Source: Chitinivibrionales bacterium (GTDB taxonomy: Bacteria; Fibrobacterota; Chitinivibrionia; Chitinivibrionales; WJKA01). Taken from it: DNA of 64,000 bases. Location: contig JBBRUX010000008.1 of assembly GCA_038247415.1 (NCBI GenBank), positions 41,991-105,990 on the forward strand. The letters run 5' to 3'. Both the position numbers and the translations under genes were made by a program. The notes under the pieces were generated by a model. It was not told the origin of the DNA. It saw only the letters and a program-made list of their open reading frames with translations, and did not search any database. The first letter of the stretch is position 1; each line of letters begins with the position of its first letter. Positions 21,367 to 31,322 of this stretch are shown piece by piece.

Positions 21367-23172
21367 TTATTCCCTTTTGAGAACAGCTAAAAAGGCTTCT
21401 TGTGGAATTTCCACATTGCCAACTTGCTTCATTCGCTTTTTACCTTCTTTTTGTTTTTCGAGAAGCTTGCGTTTTCGGGAAATGTCGCCACCGTAGCATT
21501 TTGAGGTAACGTCTTTTCTAAATGCCTTGACAGTCGTTCGTGCGATAATGCGGGAGCCAATGGCTGCCTGGATTGCCACTTCGTACATTTGCCGTGGAAT
21601 AAGCTCTTTTAGCTTTGAGGTGAATTCCTGACCGTAGGTATAACTTTTGTCTTTATGAATAATGGTTGAAAAGGCGTCTACCTGATCTCCATTGATCATG
21701 ACGTCAAGCTTTACAAGATCGTCATTTTGATATTCTGCAAGCTCGTAGTCCATAGAGGCATACCCCCGCGACACGCTTTTAAGCTTATCAAAAAAATCGA
21801 TGATAACCTCTGAGAGTGGAATGCGATAATGTAGACATACGCGGGTTGTCTGGAGGTATTCCATAGTAACTAGTTTGCCGCGTTTGTCGTCGCAGAGTTT
21901 CATGATTGAACCGGTATAATCGGTAGGGGTAACTATTTGTACCTTGGCAATGGGTTCGCCAATTGAGGTTATCTGCTGGATGGGGGGCAAATGCGCTACG
22001 CTGTCGATAAAGATAGTGTCGCCATTGGTAAGAATAATCCGGTACTTTACGTTAGGAAATGTCGTAATGATATTGACATTGTATTCGCGAAAGAGCCTCT
22101 CCTGTACTACTTCCATATGAAGCAAACCAGAAAATCCTGCGCGAAAACCAAAACCTAATGCGGTAGAGGTTTCTGTTTCGTAGCTAATAGATCCATCGTT
22201 AAGCTGGAGTTTTTCGAGTGCGGTTTTTAAATCTTCGTAATCTTCTTTGTCTACAGGATAAATTCCTGAGAAAACCATGGGTTTAATTTCTTTGTAGCCC
22301 GGAAGAGGCGTTTGACTTCCATTACGGAGCGTGGTGATCGTATCACCGATTTTAATATCGGAGATTGTCTTGATATTTGCAACAACATAGCCTACTTCGC
22401 CAACACTCAGCTCTTCTTTGGCAATACGATTTGGTTTAAAGTGGCCAAGTTCTGTTGCTTCCCGATCGGTAAGGTTGGAGAGAAACCGAATAGGCGATCC
22501 AAGTTTGAGACTACCCTCAAAAACACGGATGTATGCAACTGCACCACGAAAGGGGTCGTAGATAGAATTAAATACAAGCGCTTGTAAAGGATTGGCTGCA
22601 CTTCCTTTAGGGGCTGGTACATCATCGATGACCCGATGGAGAATTTCTCGCACGCCTAAACCAGACTTTGCAGAACAAGAAAGGATGGTTTCGGGATCGA
22701 TGCCCAAAAGATCGGAAATTGCCCTGCGGGTAGATTCTACATCGGCCGAGGGAAGATCGATTTTGTTCATTACAGGAATGATGGTAAGGTCGAGTTCCAT
22801 GGCAAGATAGATATTCGTGAGCGTTTGTGCTTCTATTCCCTGTGTTGCGTCAACAACAAGAATTGCGCCTTCGCATGCAGCAAGCGATTTAGAAACCTCG
22901 TAGGTAAAATCGACATGGCCTGGAGTATCGATAAGATTAAGACAATAGAATATGCCGTTATCGCGTTTATATTCCATGCGGATTGGATGCGATTTGATAG
23001 TAATACCGCGTTCCCGCTCAAGATCCATATCATCGAGCACCTGCTCCTGCATCTTGTTTTTTTCGATGGTAGAAGTAATTTCCAGGAGCCGGTCGGCTAA
23101 CGTCGATTTGCCATGATCAATGTGGGCAATAATACAAAAGTTACGAATATTCTCAACAGGGATCAATGCCAT
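21367..23172 (-). CDS. lepA: Elongation factor 4 (LepA)
   Basis: IAHIDHGKSTL, ERERGITIK, DTPGHVDF, KCYGGDISRKRKLLEKQKEGKK. Confidence 0.99.
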   Translation of the reverse strand: MALIPVENIRNFCIIAHIDHGKSTLADRLLEITSTIEKNKMQEQVLDDMDLERERGITIKSHPIRMEYKRDNGIFYCLNLIDTPGHVDFTYEVSKSLAACEGAILVVDATQGIEAQTLTNIYLAMELDLTIIPVMNKIDLPSADVESTRRAISDLLGIDPETILSCSAKSGLGVREILHRVIDDVPAPKGSAANPLQALVFNSIYDPFRGAVAYIRVFEGSLKLGSPIRFLSNLTDREATELGHFKPNRIAKEELSVGEVGYVVANIKTISDIKIGDTITTLRNGSQTPLPGYKEIKPMVFSGIYPVDKEDYEDLKTALEKLQLNDGSISYETETSTALGFGFRAGFSGLLHMEVVQERLFREYNVNIITTFPNVKYRIILTNGDTIFIDSVAHLPPIQQITSIGEPIAKVQIVTPTDYTGSIMKLCDDKRGKLVTMEYLQTTRVCLHYRIPLSEVIIDFFDKLKSVSRGYASMDYELAEYQNDDLVKLDVMINGDQVDAFSTIIHKDKSYTYGQEFTSKLKELIPRQMYEVAIQAAIGSRIIARTTVKAFRKDVTSKCYGGDISRKRKLLEKQKEGKKRMKQVGNVEIPQEAFLAVLKRE

Positions 23173-23331
23173 TACAGTGTCCTCAAAAAGTTAAAAAATA
23201 CGAGCTCATTCCAAAGCAAGCAGATGCAAATTCTGGCGCGCAGTCTGCAAAATATGAGAATGCACGGTATATAGGATTATAATAAGTCCCTAAATATACA
23301 AAATGACGGGGTCAGCAAATTCCCCTTGTTA

Positions 23332-23907
23332 TTACAAGCGTGTTTTTTTTGGTGATTTCATTACTGCTAATGTAACAAAGGTTGTTATGCCACTGGATAC
23401 ACCAACCCCGATAACGAGCCCAAGCCGACCTTGGTAGGCGATGTGTTCGATAATGTGAGTGCGATCGTAGATGAGTGCTAAAAAAAGTCCCGATGAAATG
23501 TAGGCAACAACAATAGAAACAACCCATAAGACAAATTCAAGCGTAATGGTAAATGAACCCGTTATGAATTGCCGGAGGTGTTTTCCACCAAAAAGTGAGA
23601 GCGCAATGCATCCGCCAAAAATAAGGTCTCGCACGATGGTCGTTGCTATACCGCGCGAAAGTGAATTGGTAGCAAACGGGATAAGAAGCATAATAGTTAA
23701 TGATGTATACAGGTAAATTCGCGAGGGATAGATTTTGGCACACGCAATAAGCACAGAGAGGAAAAAGCCCAAAAGAATAAATTGAAATCCTTGGTTTTTA
23801 TAGTTGAGCATCGATTGCCCTGCTACCATAAATCCGATAAGAACAGATCCAAATGTGCCAGAAAGTACCATGATAAGGGGATCGTATTTTTGAGCAGTTG
23901 AATCCAT
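23332..23907 (-). CDS. Hypothetical multi-pass membrane protein
   Basis: About six hydrophobic segments; GGAG upstream of the ATG. Confidence 0.7.
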   Translation of the reverse strand: MDSTAQKYDPLIMVLSGTFGSVLIGFMVAGQSMLNYKNQGFQFILLGFFLSVLIACAKIYPSRIYLYTSLTIMLLIPFATNSLSRGIATTIVRDLIFGGCIALSLFGGKHLRQFITGSFTITLEFVLWVVSIVVAYISSGLFLALIYDRTHIIEHIAYQGRLGLVIGVGVSSGITTFVTLAVMKSPKKTRL

Positions 23908-23930
23908 GAAATCTCCAGTATGTGAAACGG

Positions 23931-24827
23931 TTAAGGTGCAGAATCTTTGACACGAGGTGAAACAAAAATATGCTTTTCTCGTTGTATAAATTCTTTGAGG
24001 CTCGTTGGTTTTTTGCCGGTGAGGTCTTCGTAGAAGCGAGAAATTGCAGGAGCTTTCTGGAATCGTGGCAAGAAATGCAACAAGATCATGACAATAATCA
24101 AACCGATGGCAACGCCTTCTTTCTTTTTAAGGAAAAAATACGAGATCGGATTAGTATTACGATAAGTAAATGTCTCTCCCACGATGGTGGTTAAGAGCGC
24201 TGCAACTTTGGCAAACGGTTCGTTTTCGTAACCAGTAATTTCGATTGCCCGATTTTTATACTTCTCAAAATTGCACAGCAGCACAGCACTTGTTTCGCCA
24301 ATATTGGAAATGTCTACCCAGTTAAATACCGCTCTCCCTGCAGGAAGACAAATGCGGCGATGTGCTATAATATCAGGCAAAAGTGTGGTGGTTAGATTTT
24401 GCATAAAATAGCTCGGTCGTAAAAAAATATACTTAAAATCATGTTCTCTAATAAGGTGCTCGATTTTATTATGGGGAATAACGCGGCTTGTTTCTACGCC
24501 TTGAACCGACAAAAAGAGAATGTTAGAAATGCCGGCTGTTTTAGTCGCTTGTATAAGGGGTTTAAAAAACAAGTCTACATTAGAAATATGCGGTGGACGC
24601 AAGAGAAAAACGGTGTCTATGCCAGTAAGTGCTTGGGCAAAGGTGTTTGAATTTTCAAAATCGAAGAGTACATACTGGAGTGTTGGGAAGTGGGCAAAAT
24701 TTTTTTGCGCCCGAGAAATATCGCGCACCCCGGCAACAATACTGTTTTGGGACGAAGAGCTCAACAGAGAGCGAATTACTTCTTGGCCAATATTGCCGGT
24801 AGCACCGGTGATGAGGATTTTTGCCAT
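23931..24827 (-). CDS. NmrA-like NAD(P)-binding protein
   Basis: ILITGATGNIG, LRPSYFMQN; start taken at MAKIL. Confidence 0.9.
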   Translation of the reverse strand: MAKILITGATGNIGQEVIRSLLSSSSQNSIVAGVRDISRAQKNFAHFPTLQYVLFDFENSNTFAQALTGIDTVFLLRPPHISNVDLFFKPLIQATKTAGISNILFLSVQGVETSRVIPHNKIEHLIREHDFKYIFLRPSYFMQNLTTTLLPDIIAHRRICLPAGRAVFNWVDISNIGETSAVLLCNFEKYKNRAIEITGYENEPFAKVAALLTTIVGETFTYRNTNPISYFFLKKKEGVAIGLIIVMILLHFLPRFQKAPAISRFYEDLTGKKPTSLKEFIQREKHIFVSPRVKDSAP

Positions 24828-24923
24828 GGTTTGTTGTCTCCTAGTTTTTAAAAATGAGAGTCTGCTTGTAAATATACCATAGAGCGATTCATTGGCCAAG
24901 CACTATGTGAGAATTAAAAGGGG

Positions 24924-25645
24924 TTAGAAACACTCTTTATAGCAGAAGGCTGGTTTTGTGGATGTATTGTCCCATATATGAATTGAGCTTCCCTTGCACG
25001 ATTTCAGATCGGTGCAAGTTCCACATGAGGTCGTATCGATCCACGATCTATGTCGAAACTTTTTAAATTCGTGTTCCCAGAGGTAGGCAAGATTGTGGGT
25101 GGCGATGTTACCTTCTGTAAAACAGTCGGCATTATTTGAGCACCCGGTAATTCTCCCATCTGCAAGAATGGATGTAATGTTGACACCTGCTCTGCAGAAA
25201 AAAGGTTGAGTGCGGATTTTTTTGTCGATATACAGAGGCAAATACCCCTCACAACTAAAGGATACATCAAGGCCCTTTTTACGAAGGGCTTTTTTGTGAG
25301 ATGCAATCCAGTCAATCATGTGCCGTGTTTGGACCGGATCAAGAAGTAATTCGGAATTGTTTTTAGCTCGGCCTATGGGAAAAATGCGAAACAGTCTCCA
25401 TGATGGAACTTTGTACTCAATAAGAATCTCTGATAGGGCGTCGAGTTCATTAAGATTTCGAGGGTTGACACAAGTTACTACATCACGGTGCGAAATAGGC
25501 AAGGCAGAAAGAATTGAGAGCGCAGTAAGAACCCGATCATATGACTTCTCGTTGCCACGCAGCCACGAGTGCGATTCTTTGAGTCCGTCAAGACTTACGG
25601 TACTGCTATAGCATGAGCCCATTCCTGTATTCTGGAAAGGAGCAT
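24924..25645 (-). pseudogene. Internally deleted radical SAM/SPASM paralog
   Basis: From TVSLDGL onward it aligns with 26238..27308, but the CxxxCxxC region is absent. The probable original start MLLSRIQEWAHA (ATG 25645) is now out of frame. Confidence 0.8.
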
Positions 25646-25650
25646 GGTTA

Positions 25651-25938
25651 CTACTTGGATCGCATGGTGACAATCGTGTCTTCGCCCGGGCGAGTGTAGG
25701 CGATGGTCGTATCGAAAAATGCTCCACCATTTTCGGAACTATCCGTATCCTGAAGAATAGCCAGTACTCTATTTCCGGATCTGGCTGCCTGATTGACATC
25801 TGTATAGCCGTATGCAAGGCCTTCCGGATTCGTGAATTCTGTTCCTAGGGTATCGGGAATGCTTTTCCCATTTTGTAGCGAGAGGAAGGTAATTTTTAAA
25901 TAAAGAAGAAAATTCCAGTATTTCGTGATCAAGTTCAT
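25651..25938 (-). pseudogene. Degenerate paralog of the rSAM-associated lipoprotein
   Basis: LQDTDSSENGGAFFDTTI resembles ITDVDGASNGSFSPKDTI of 27313..27795; same position upstream of an rSAM; lipobox Cys and YG.P segment absent. Confidence 0.65.
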
Positions 25939-26021
25939 AAAATACCTTTATTAGTAGGGTAAATATAATTCCGGTTAATGGTGGTTGGGGAAAAAAAATA
26001 AGATTCTTTGAAAGATAAGAA

Positions 26022-26145
26022 TGTCTGGACCACAAATTTACATAATAAATATAATAAAAATAATTTTAAAAACACCTTCATATATTAAATATTTTCACGA
26101 TAATCAATGCAATCAAATTAATCACAAGAATCAGTGGTGCTGACA
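26022..26145. repeat. Imperfect palindromic (MITE/REP-like) element, copy 1
   Basis: Ends TGTCTGGACCAC...GTGGTGCTGACA; 25-bp exact match (26109-26133) to 27986-28010. Confidence 0.7.
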
Positions 26146-26237
26146 AGGGTTTGTGTCGCTCGTAGTGTGCAAGGTGTAGTGTCAAGTATCGTGCAATGAA
26201 GATTTGGTATGCCACCTCTCGTGAGCTTCAACGCAAC

Positions 26238-27308
26238 CTATTTAATCTTCTCATAATGACAAACCAGCAGCTCATGCCCCGGGCCTTCTCGCAGATGAAG
26301 CCCATTGCCTTCGCAGTATTTGAACTGTTTGCAGGTTGCGCAGTCTCCGGTTTTTGCCCACGATCGGTTACGCATCGACTCGTAGCGGTTGTTCCAGCAG
26401 TCTAAAAAGTTGTCTTTGTAAATATTCCCCTGAATAAAATCTCCTCTTAGGCTTGGGCATGCAGAAATGCTGCCGTCGGCGAGAACTGATCCGACCGTAA
26501 TGCCGGCTCTACAGAAGAAAAAGCCGTCGCGAGCTTTGCCCTCAAATTTGCCAAGAAATCCTTCGCATCCGTAGGTGGCATCTATTTCTTGCTTGTCGCG
26601 GGTAGCGGTAATAAAGTGCATGAGCGTAGTAAATTCCGAATCTGCAAGCAGGAGATCTTCGGTTTCTTTGGCGCGGCCTTTGGGGAAAATGGTAAATAAG
26701 CGCCATTTTTTGACATTATTATCGGTAAGAAGCTTGCGGATTTCGTCGAGCTCACCCAGGTTGCGTTTGTTAACACAGGTTACAACATCAAAAATAAGGT
26801 CTTTTTGTTGGGAACAGAATTTGATTGCATTAAGGGCTTTTTTGAAAGAATCGGATTTCCCGCGCATCCAATTATGAGAATCTTGTAAACCATCTAAGCT
26901 AATGGTAATGGATCGCAAACCAGAATCGCACAGTGATTGAAGTCTTTTTTCGGTAAGTAAATAGCCATTAGTAACCATTCCCCAGGGGTACCCTTTGGCA
27001 AAGATTTGCTTTCCACAAGCATCCAGATCTTGTCTAACCAGAGGCTCCCCGCCTGTTATTGCAACTATTGTTTTATGCGGATCATACTGGGTTGCTACCT
27101 GATCGAGAACATTGGCAAAATCGGCAAAAGGCATATCGGGTGTGGTTGTATCTTTGGTGCAATCGGATCCACAGTGAATGCAATTGAGGTTGCACCGAAG
27201 AGTGCACTCCCAAAAGAGATAATTGAGCTCGTGAAGTTGCTTTTGAACCGAGCGATAGGCGCGATGAATTTCGAGGCTAATGGTGGTTTTTAATGACACA
27301 TCACGCAT
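26238..27308 (-). CDS. Radical SAM/SPASM protein of the rSAM/lipoprotein type (TIGR04133-like)
   Basis: CNLNCIHC, ITGGEP, TNG, SLDG; SPASM Cys pattern CRAG..CPS..CATC..C..C. Confidence 0.92.
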   Translation of the reverse strand: MRDVSLKTTISLEIHRAYRSVQKQLHELNYLFWECTLRCNLNCIHCGSDCTKDTTTPDMPFADFANVLDQVATQYDPHKTIVAITGGEPLVRQDLDACGKQIFAKGYPWGMVTNGYLLTEKRLQSLCDSGLRSITISLDGLQDSHNWMRGKSDSFKKALNAIKFCSQQKDLIFDVVTCVNKRNLGELDEIRKLLTDNNVKKWRLFTIFPKGRAKETEDLLLADSEFTTLMHFITATRDKQEIDATYGCEGFLGKFEGKARDGFFFCRAGITVGSVLADGSISACPSLRGDFIQGNIYKDNFLDCWNNRYESMRNRSWAKTGDCATCKQFKYCEGNGLHLREGPGHELLVCHYEKIK

Positions 27309-27312
27309 TGTG

Positions 27313-27795
27313 TTAATTTGTAGGATCTACTTTAATGTCAACGGTCTTTTCTGCATGGCCCTTGTCCCAGGTTCCATTTGGATCTTTTAGATCGGTGCTG
27401 GGAATAGAAACAATAGTATCTTTAGGGCTAAATGATCCATTTGAAGCACCATCAACATCCGTTATGGTAACTTTTATTGGATTATTCTCATCGGGATAAG
27501 ATGAAAATTCCAGCGAATAGGCACCATTTGAATCTGTGATGGACGTATCCCGCGTATATGAAGAGGGGAGTGTATCGGCTGCAAAGACATTTAGTCCTTT
27601 AACAGGCAATTGTGTTGCAGAGCTTTTCACGGTTCCGCTTATTTTGTAGTCTGCCATAGGCATTCCGTATGCAGGAGCTGGGCCATACATGACTCCGTCA
27701 CAATTGCAGAAAATTCCCAAGACTCCTGTTATTGCCAAGCTTGCTAGCTTGAGGATACGAAACATTGCTTTTTTGTAGCCGTTAGAGAGTGCCAT
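27313..27795 (-). CDS. rSAM-associated putative lipoprotein (TIGR04134-like) with tandem YG motifs
   Basis: Signal peptide ending LGIFCNC, then VMYGPAPAYGMP, then an Ig-like beta domain (YKISGTV, TDSNGAY, DVDG). Confidence 0.85.
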   Translation of the reverse strand: MALSNGYKKAMFRILKLASLAITGVLGIFCNCDGVMYGPAPAYGMPMADYKISGTVKSSATQLPVKGLNVFAADTLPSSYTRDTSITDSNGAYSLEFSSYPDENNPIKVTITDVDGASNGSFSPKDTIVSIPSTDLKDPNGTWDKGHAEKTVDIKVDPTN

Positions 27796-27900
27796 AAAAT
27801 ACCCTGTATGTTAATGGGTGTAGATATACATTTATTAACTAATATACAATGAGATATTGCAAAGTCAATACGAGGGTAGTGGGGGAGCGTGCAAAAAAAA

Positions 27901-28021
27901 TGTCTGGACCGCTGATTTATATGATTAGTATGATGGAGATGATTTTCAAACAGCATACACTCTGCAAGGTTTCAAGATAATCAAAGCAATCAAATTAATC
28001 ACAAGAATCAAGGGCATTACA
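27901..28021. repeat. Imperfect palindromic element, copy 2
   Basis: TGTCTGGACC start; GATT-rich left arm and AATC-rich right arm; GCAATCAAATTAATCACAAGAATCA shared with copy 1. Confidence 0.7.
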
Positions 28022-28054
28022 CGAACTTTTTTGCCTTAAAAAACCACCCGTGCC

Positions 28055-29812
28055 TTACAGAACTTCCATTTCAAGCCTTTTCATAATATCAAGTGCCTCA
28101 GCATTATCCGGATGCATTGTCACAATTTTCTTTACATACCGCTTGGCTTTTTTGACATCACTTGCATCCAGTGCTGCTGATGCTGCTTTCCAGAATACCG
28201 ATTCTGATGCTCTAAGCTTTTTTTCACAGAGTGCTCGTTCGTAAGCTTGCAATGCAGACCGGGGGTCTTCTACCGCACGGTGAATGTCGCCAATAAGGAC
28301 ATATGTTTCAGCGGTAGCTGAATCGGTTGCTATTGCATCGTGCAAAAGCTCCACTGCCTTTATTGGGTCTCCTTGTATTAAAAATATCTTGGCAAGAGAG
28401 AGATATCCAACAGGATTCTGACGCGGTGCCATAAGAATAGATTTAATAAAATACGGAGCTGATTCTATATACTGACCCTCTTGGAGCATTGCAGTTCCCA
28501 TGTGGGAATAATACTCTACAACAGAAGGGTAATGGCAAATTGCTTGCTGCGATAGATCGATGGCTTCTTTATATTTTTTCGTTTCGAGTAGAATTTCGGT
28601 AGCATAGTAGTATGCATTCATTCTAACTGCATGGGGATCGAGAGCTGTCGATCGCACCGGCGGAAATTCTGAGATCGCGGCTACAAAGAAGTATAATGCC
28701 TTTTTGAGGTTTTGGGTATGATGAAAAATAAGCCCTAAAAGGTGGGCCGCTTCTATGCGCGTTTTGTCGATGTAAAGACAACGAAATAATAGCCGCTTTG
28801 CTTTTGCATATTCACCAAGGCCATAAAAGAGCCACCCGCTCGTGTACAGTGCTTGTGTGTAAAGGTCCGGGCGTTGGTCATAGGTTTCTTGGGTTATAAG
28901 AGACGCATACGTTTCGATAGCAAGAAGCGAATCTCCTTTTATCGCGTGCGCATCGCCAAGGCTATACAGCAGTGCAGGATCGTTTGGGCGTTCTTGCAAT
29001 TCGAGCGCTAAAAGTTTTATATTGCGATCTGCTTTGACCATTTGTAGAGCATGATCCTGATATCCCGTATGATATATCGTAATATCTGGCATTGATACTA
29101 CGGGCCATTGCTGTGCAGTTTCCTGGGTAAGGATCTGTTCGTGAATTCTTCCGGTAAACCGAAGCGAAGCTGAATTTGGGAAAAGTCGAGCTTGCATAAA
29201 CCCGGGGCCATGTCCATGATACTGAGAATTGACAACGCGAAATAGATGGATAGAATCGACAGGGTTTTCTAGGCAGGCGCGAATGGATGCGCATGAATTT
29301 TCGCACACACGATCGTCGGCATCTATCCATAAAATGTATCGTCCATGAGCCTGTTCCAATGCGCTGTTTCTAGCATCGGAAAAATTATCGTTCCAGGGCC
29401 GGCTCAGGATGGTTGCACCAAATTCAGCTGCAATATCCTTTGTCGCATCGGTGGAACCGGTGTCAATAACAATAATTTCATCTGCTATGGTATCAATTGA
29501 ATTGAGGGCATCCCGCACAATTTTTGCTTCGTTGCGAACAATGAGCGTCACTGTCAAAGTGCAGGCACGCGCAGTAATTTCGTTTTCGTAACGGGTAAGC
29601 AATTCTTGGGTTTGAGGCTCTTTTTGATTTTGGGAAGCGTGGGATTTGGTAAGCAGTGCCTGTGCGCGCAACGGCATCTTTTGTACACTATACCATTTGG
29701 ATGCTTCGGTATAATACTGCTGTAGTGTAATTTCACGTGTGTAAACACGATTGCGGAGCGCAGTTGCCGATTGTTGGGGCTGCACACCTGTTTTTTGAGT
29801 TTGACTATCCAT
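28055..29812 (-). CDS. GT2 glycosyltransferase with TPR repeats (candidate flagellin glycosyltransferase)
   Basis: LIVRNE, DTGSTD, FSDARN, WIDADD, IHEQ, HTGY; C-terminal TPR helices. Confidence 0.9.
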   Translation of the reverse strand: MDSQTQKTGVQPQQSATALRNRVYTREITLQQYYTEASKWYSVQKMPLRAQALLTKSHASQNQKEPQTQELLTRYENEITARACTLTVTLIVRNEAKIVRDALNSIDTIADEIIVIDTGSTDATKDIAAEFGATILSRPWNDNFSDARNSALEQAHGRYILWIDADDRVCENSCASIRACLENPVDSIHLFRVVNSQYHGHGPGFMQARLFPNSASLRFTGRIHEQILTQETAQQWPVVSMPDITIYHTGYQDHALQMVKADRNIKLLALELQERPNDPALLYSLGDAHAIKGDSLLAIETYASLITQETYDQRPDLYTQALYTSGWLFYGLGEYAKAKRLLFRCLYIDKTRIEAAHLLGLIFHHTQNLKKALYFFVAAISEFPPVRSTALDPHAVRMNAYYYATEILLETKKYKEAIDLSQQAICHYPSVVEYYSHMGTAMLQEGQYIESAPYFIKSILMAPRQNPVGYLSLAKIFLIQGDPIKAVELLHDAIATDSATAETYVLIGDIHRAVEDPRSALQAYERALCEKKLRASESVFWKAASAALDASDVKKAKRYVKKIVTMHPDNAEALDIMKRLEMEVL

Positions 29813-29853
29813 GACAAAAACTCCCATCCATTGGAATTGAGTTTACATACAAC

Positions 29854-30165
29854 TTATGCAACATAATGTGCGCTGGTTGTATCATTGTTTACATTTTCAA
29901 AAAGTGGCTTGTATACCGCATTGCTCATGAGTCTTCGGGCTCCAGCAATGGTAAATCGCTCGGTATATAATAGTTTTTTAATTTCTAGCAGAATGCTGAT
30001 ATCTCTCTCGATAAAGCGTCGTTGTTTTCCTTCGGTACGATGCGGTGACAAAAAACCGTCAAATTCACGTTCCCAAAAACGAATTGTGTGTCGCGGCACA
30101 TCGCACAGTTTAGATGTATCTCCTATTGTAAATCCTTCGACGCCCTGCTTACTCGTGTTTGTCAT
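29854..30165 (-). CDS. MerR-family HTH regulator
   Basis: FTIGDTS..DVPRHTIRFWEREF..RTEGKQRRF..LLYTERFTIAGA. Confidence 0.9.
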   Translation of the reverse strand: MTNTSKQGVEGFTIGDTSKLCDVPRHTIRFWEREFDGFLSPHRTEGKQRRFIERDISILLEIKKLLYTERFTIAGARRLMSNAVYKPLFENVNNDTTSAHYVA

Positions 30166-30281
30166 ACAATGCTCCTGGTGTACCTAGTGTACTAGCGTGA
30201 TGCGTGTGTAGTTGTTATTAAAAGGTATCGTCAAACATTGCGTAAAAGATTAACGATTGCTTTAATTACTAATGTATAATA

Positions 30282-30297
30282 AGCAAGGGGTATGCCA
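30282..30297 (-). promoter_or_regulatory. Sigma-54 -24/-12 promoter upstream of the merR-like gene
   Basis: Minus strand TGGCAT-ACCCC-TTGCT, correct spacing. Confidence 0.7.
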
Positions 30298-30525
30298 AAG
30301 AACGTCTTTGGTGCAATGTTAAAGCATTGGTTGCGTGCCTCTTTATAATATCGTTATTATAAATGAGTTACAATAAAAAAATGATAGAGGGTCGGGCGCT
30401 TGGAAATCTGGGAATAAGGAGAGAGCTACACTACAGTAGGTTTTAGTGGGCAAAAGACGACGCTATGAGGAGTTTTATGCCGCGTTGCGCGAAACCGTAT
30501 GAGCTACGGCTTCACTACGAGGGCA

Positions 30526-30765
30526 TCAAGGTTTTTTAGGTGTTCGGAATGCTTGAGCAAAATCGGAGAGGTTGATAGAAGGAGATTGGGCCGCAGCTTT
30601 GTTCTCATTCTGGATACGTTCGTAGATTTCTTCGCGGTTGACAGCGATATTTTTTGGGGCTTCTATGCCAATTTTAACATGGCGTCCATCGAGATCAACA
30701 ACTTTGATAACAATGTTGTCGCCGATGCGGATAGATTCTCCGAGTTTTCGAGTGAGGACCAGCAT
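30526..30765 (-). CDS. csrA: Carbon storage regulator CsrA
   Basis: [29 protein letters not shown]; start placed at 30765. Confidence 0.97.
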   Translation of the reverse strand: MLVLTRKLGESIRIGDNIVIKVVDLDGRHVKIGIEAPKNIAVNREEIYERIQNENKAAAQSPSINLSDFAQAFRTPKKP

Positions 30766-30769
30766 TGTA

Positions 30770-31189
30770 TTACTTCCTTCCCAGAATTGGTTCCTGGGTT
30801 GTATACCGGTCATCATCAACGATAATCTGTTTGCCAAGACGAGCAGATTTATTGATAAGGATCGGGCCTGCCAGATTTGCGGTAGAATCGGCTGCATTCA
30901 CGCGAATGGTAATGATCGCGTAGAGAAGAATATCTTCGGGCTTGCCTATTTTGAGGTCATCGAGCTGCTCTTTTGTCATTTTTGGCGAATAGTCGGGCAA
31001 AAAGAGCAACGGATTGACAATCGCAAATCTCAAACGAGCCCCATCGATACACACGAGCCATTCAAAGGGAGCATATTCGGCAAGATTCACTAAAACAAAA
31101 TCTTTGTTTTCTTCAAAGCCGGGAATTCCGTTAGGAAAATGAAGCACATCTTCCGAAGCGTATACAAGGTCGTTAAAGAAGTCGGACAT
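30770..31189 (-). CDS. fliW: Flagellar assembly factor FliW
   Basis: [25 protein letters not shown]; adjacent to csrA. Confidence 0.95.
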   Translation of the reverse strand: MSDFFNDLVYASEDVLHFPNGIPGFEENKDFVLVNLAEYAPFEWLVCIDGARLRFAIVNPLLFLPDYSPKMTKEQLDDLKIGKPEDILLYAIITIRVNAADSTANLAGPILINKSARLGKQIIVDDDRYTTQEPILGRK

Positions 31190-31322
31190 GGTTTTGCCTG
31201 GGGGATCAGGTGAAGAGCAATCATCAAAACTTAAGAAAAAATGCTTTCTTGTAGAATACAAGTCAAGCAAGATCGCCACTAATATGTGCGAGGCGCCCTG
31301 CTCGACTTATTCTATAAATCTA

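Noticed and set aside
25610..25940. IS insertion disrupting the second radical SAM gene
   Set aside because: No transposase motif or terminal repeats; the region translates as a lipoprotein paralog plus the old rSAM start.
26022..28021. CRISPR array or prophage att sites from the 25-bp direct repeat
   Set aside because: Only two copies about 1.9 kb apart, with no spacers, cas genes or integrase in the window.
30766..30897. N-terminally extended CsrA (123 aa in the ORF track)
   Set aside because: The extension overlaps fliW; the canonical MLVLTRK start with an upstream GGAAGGAAG is at 30765.
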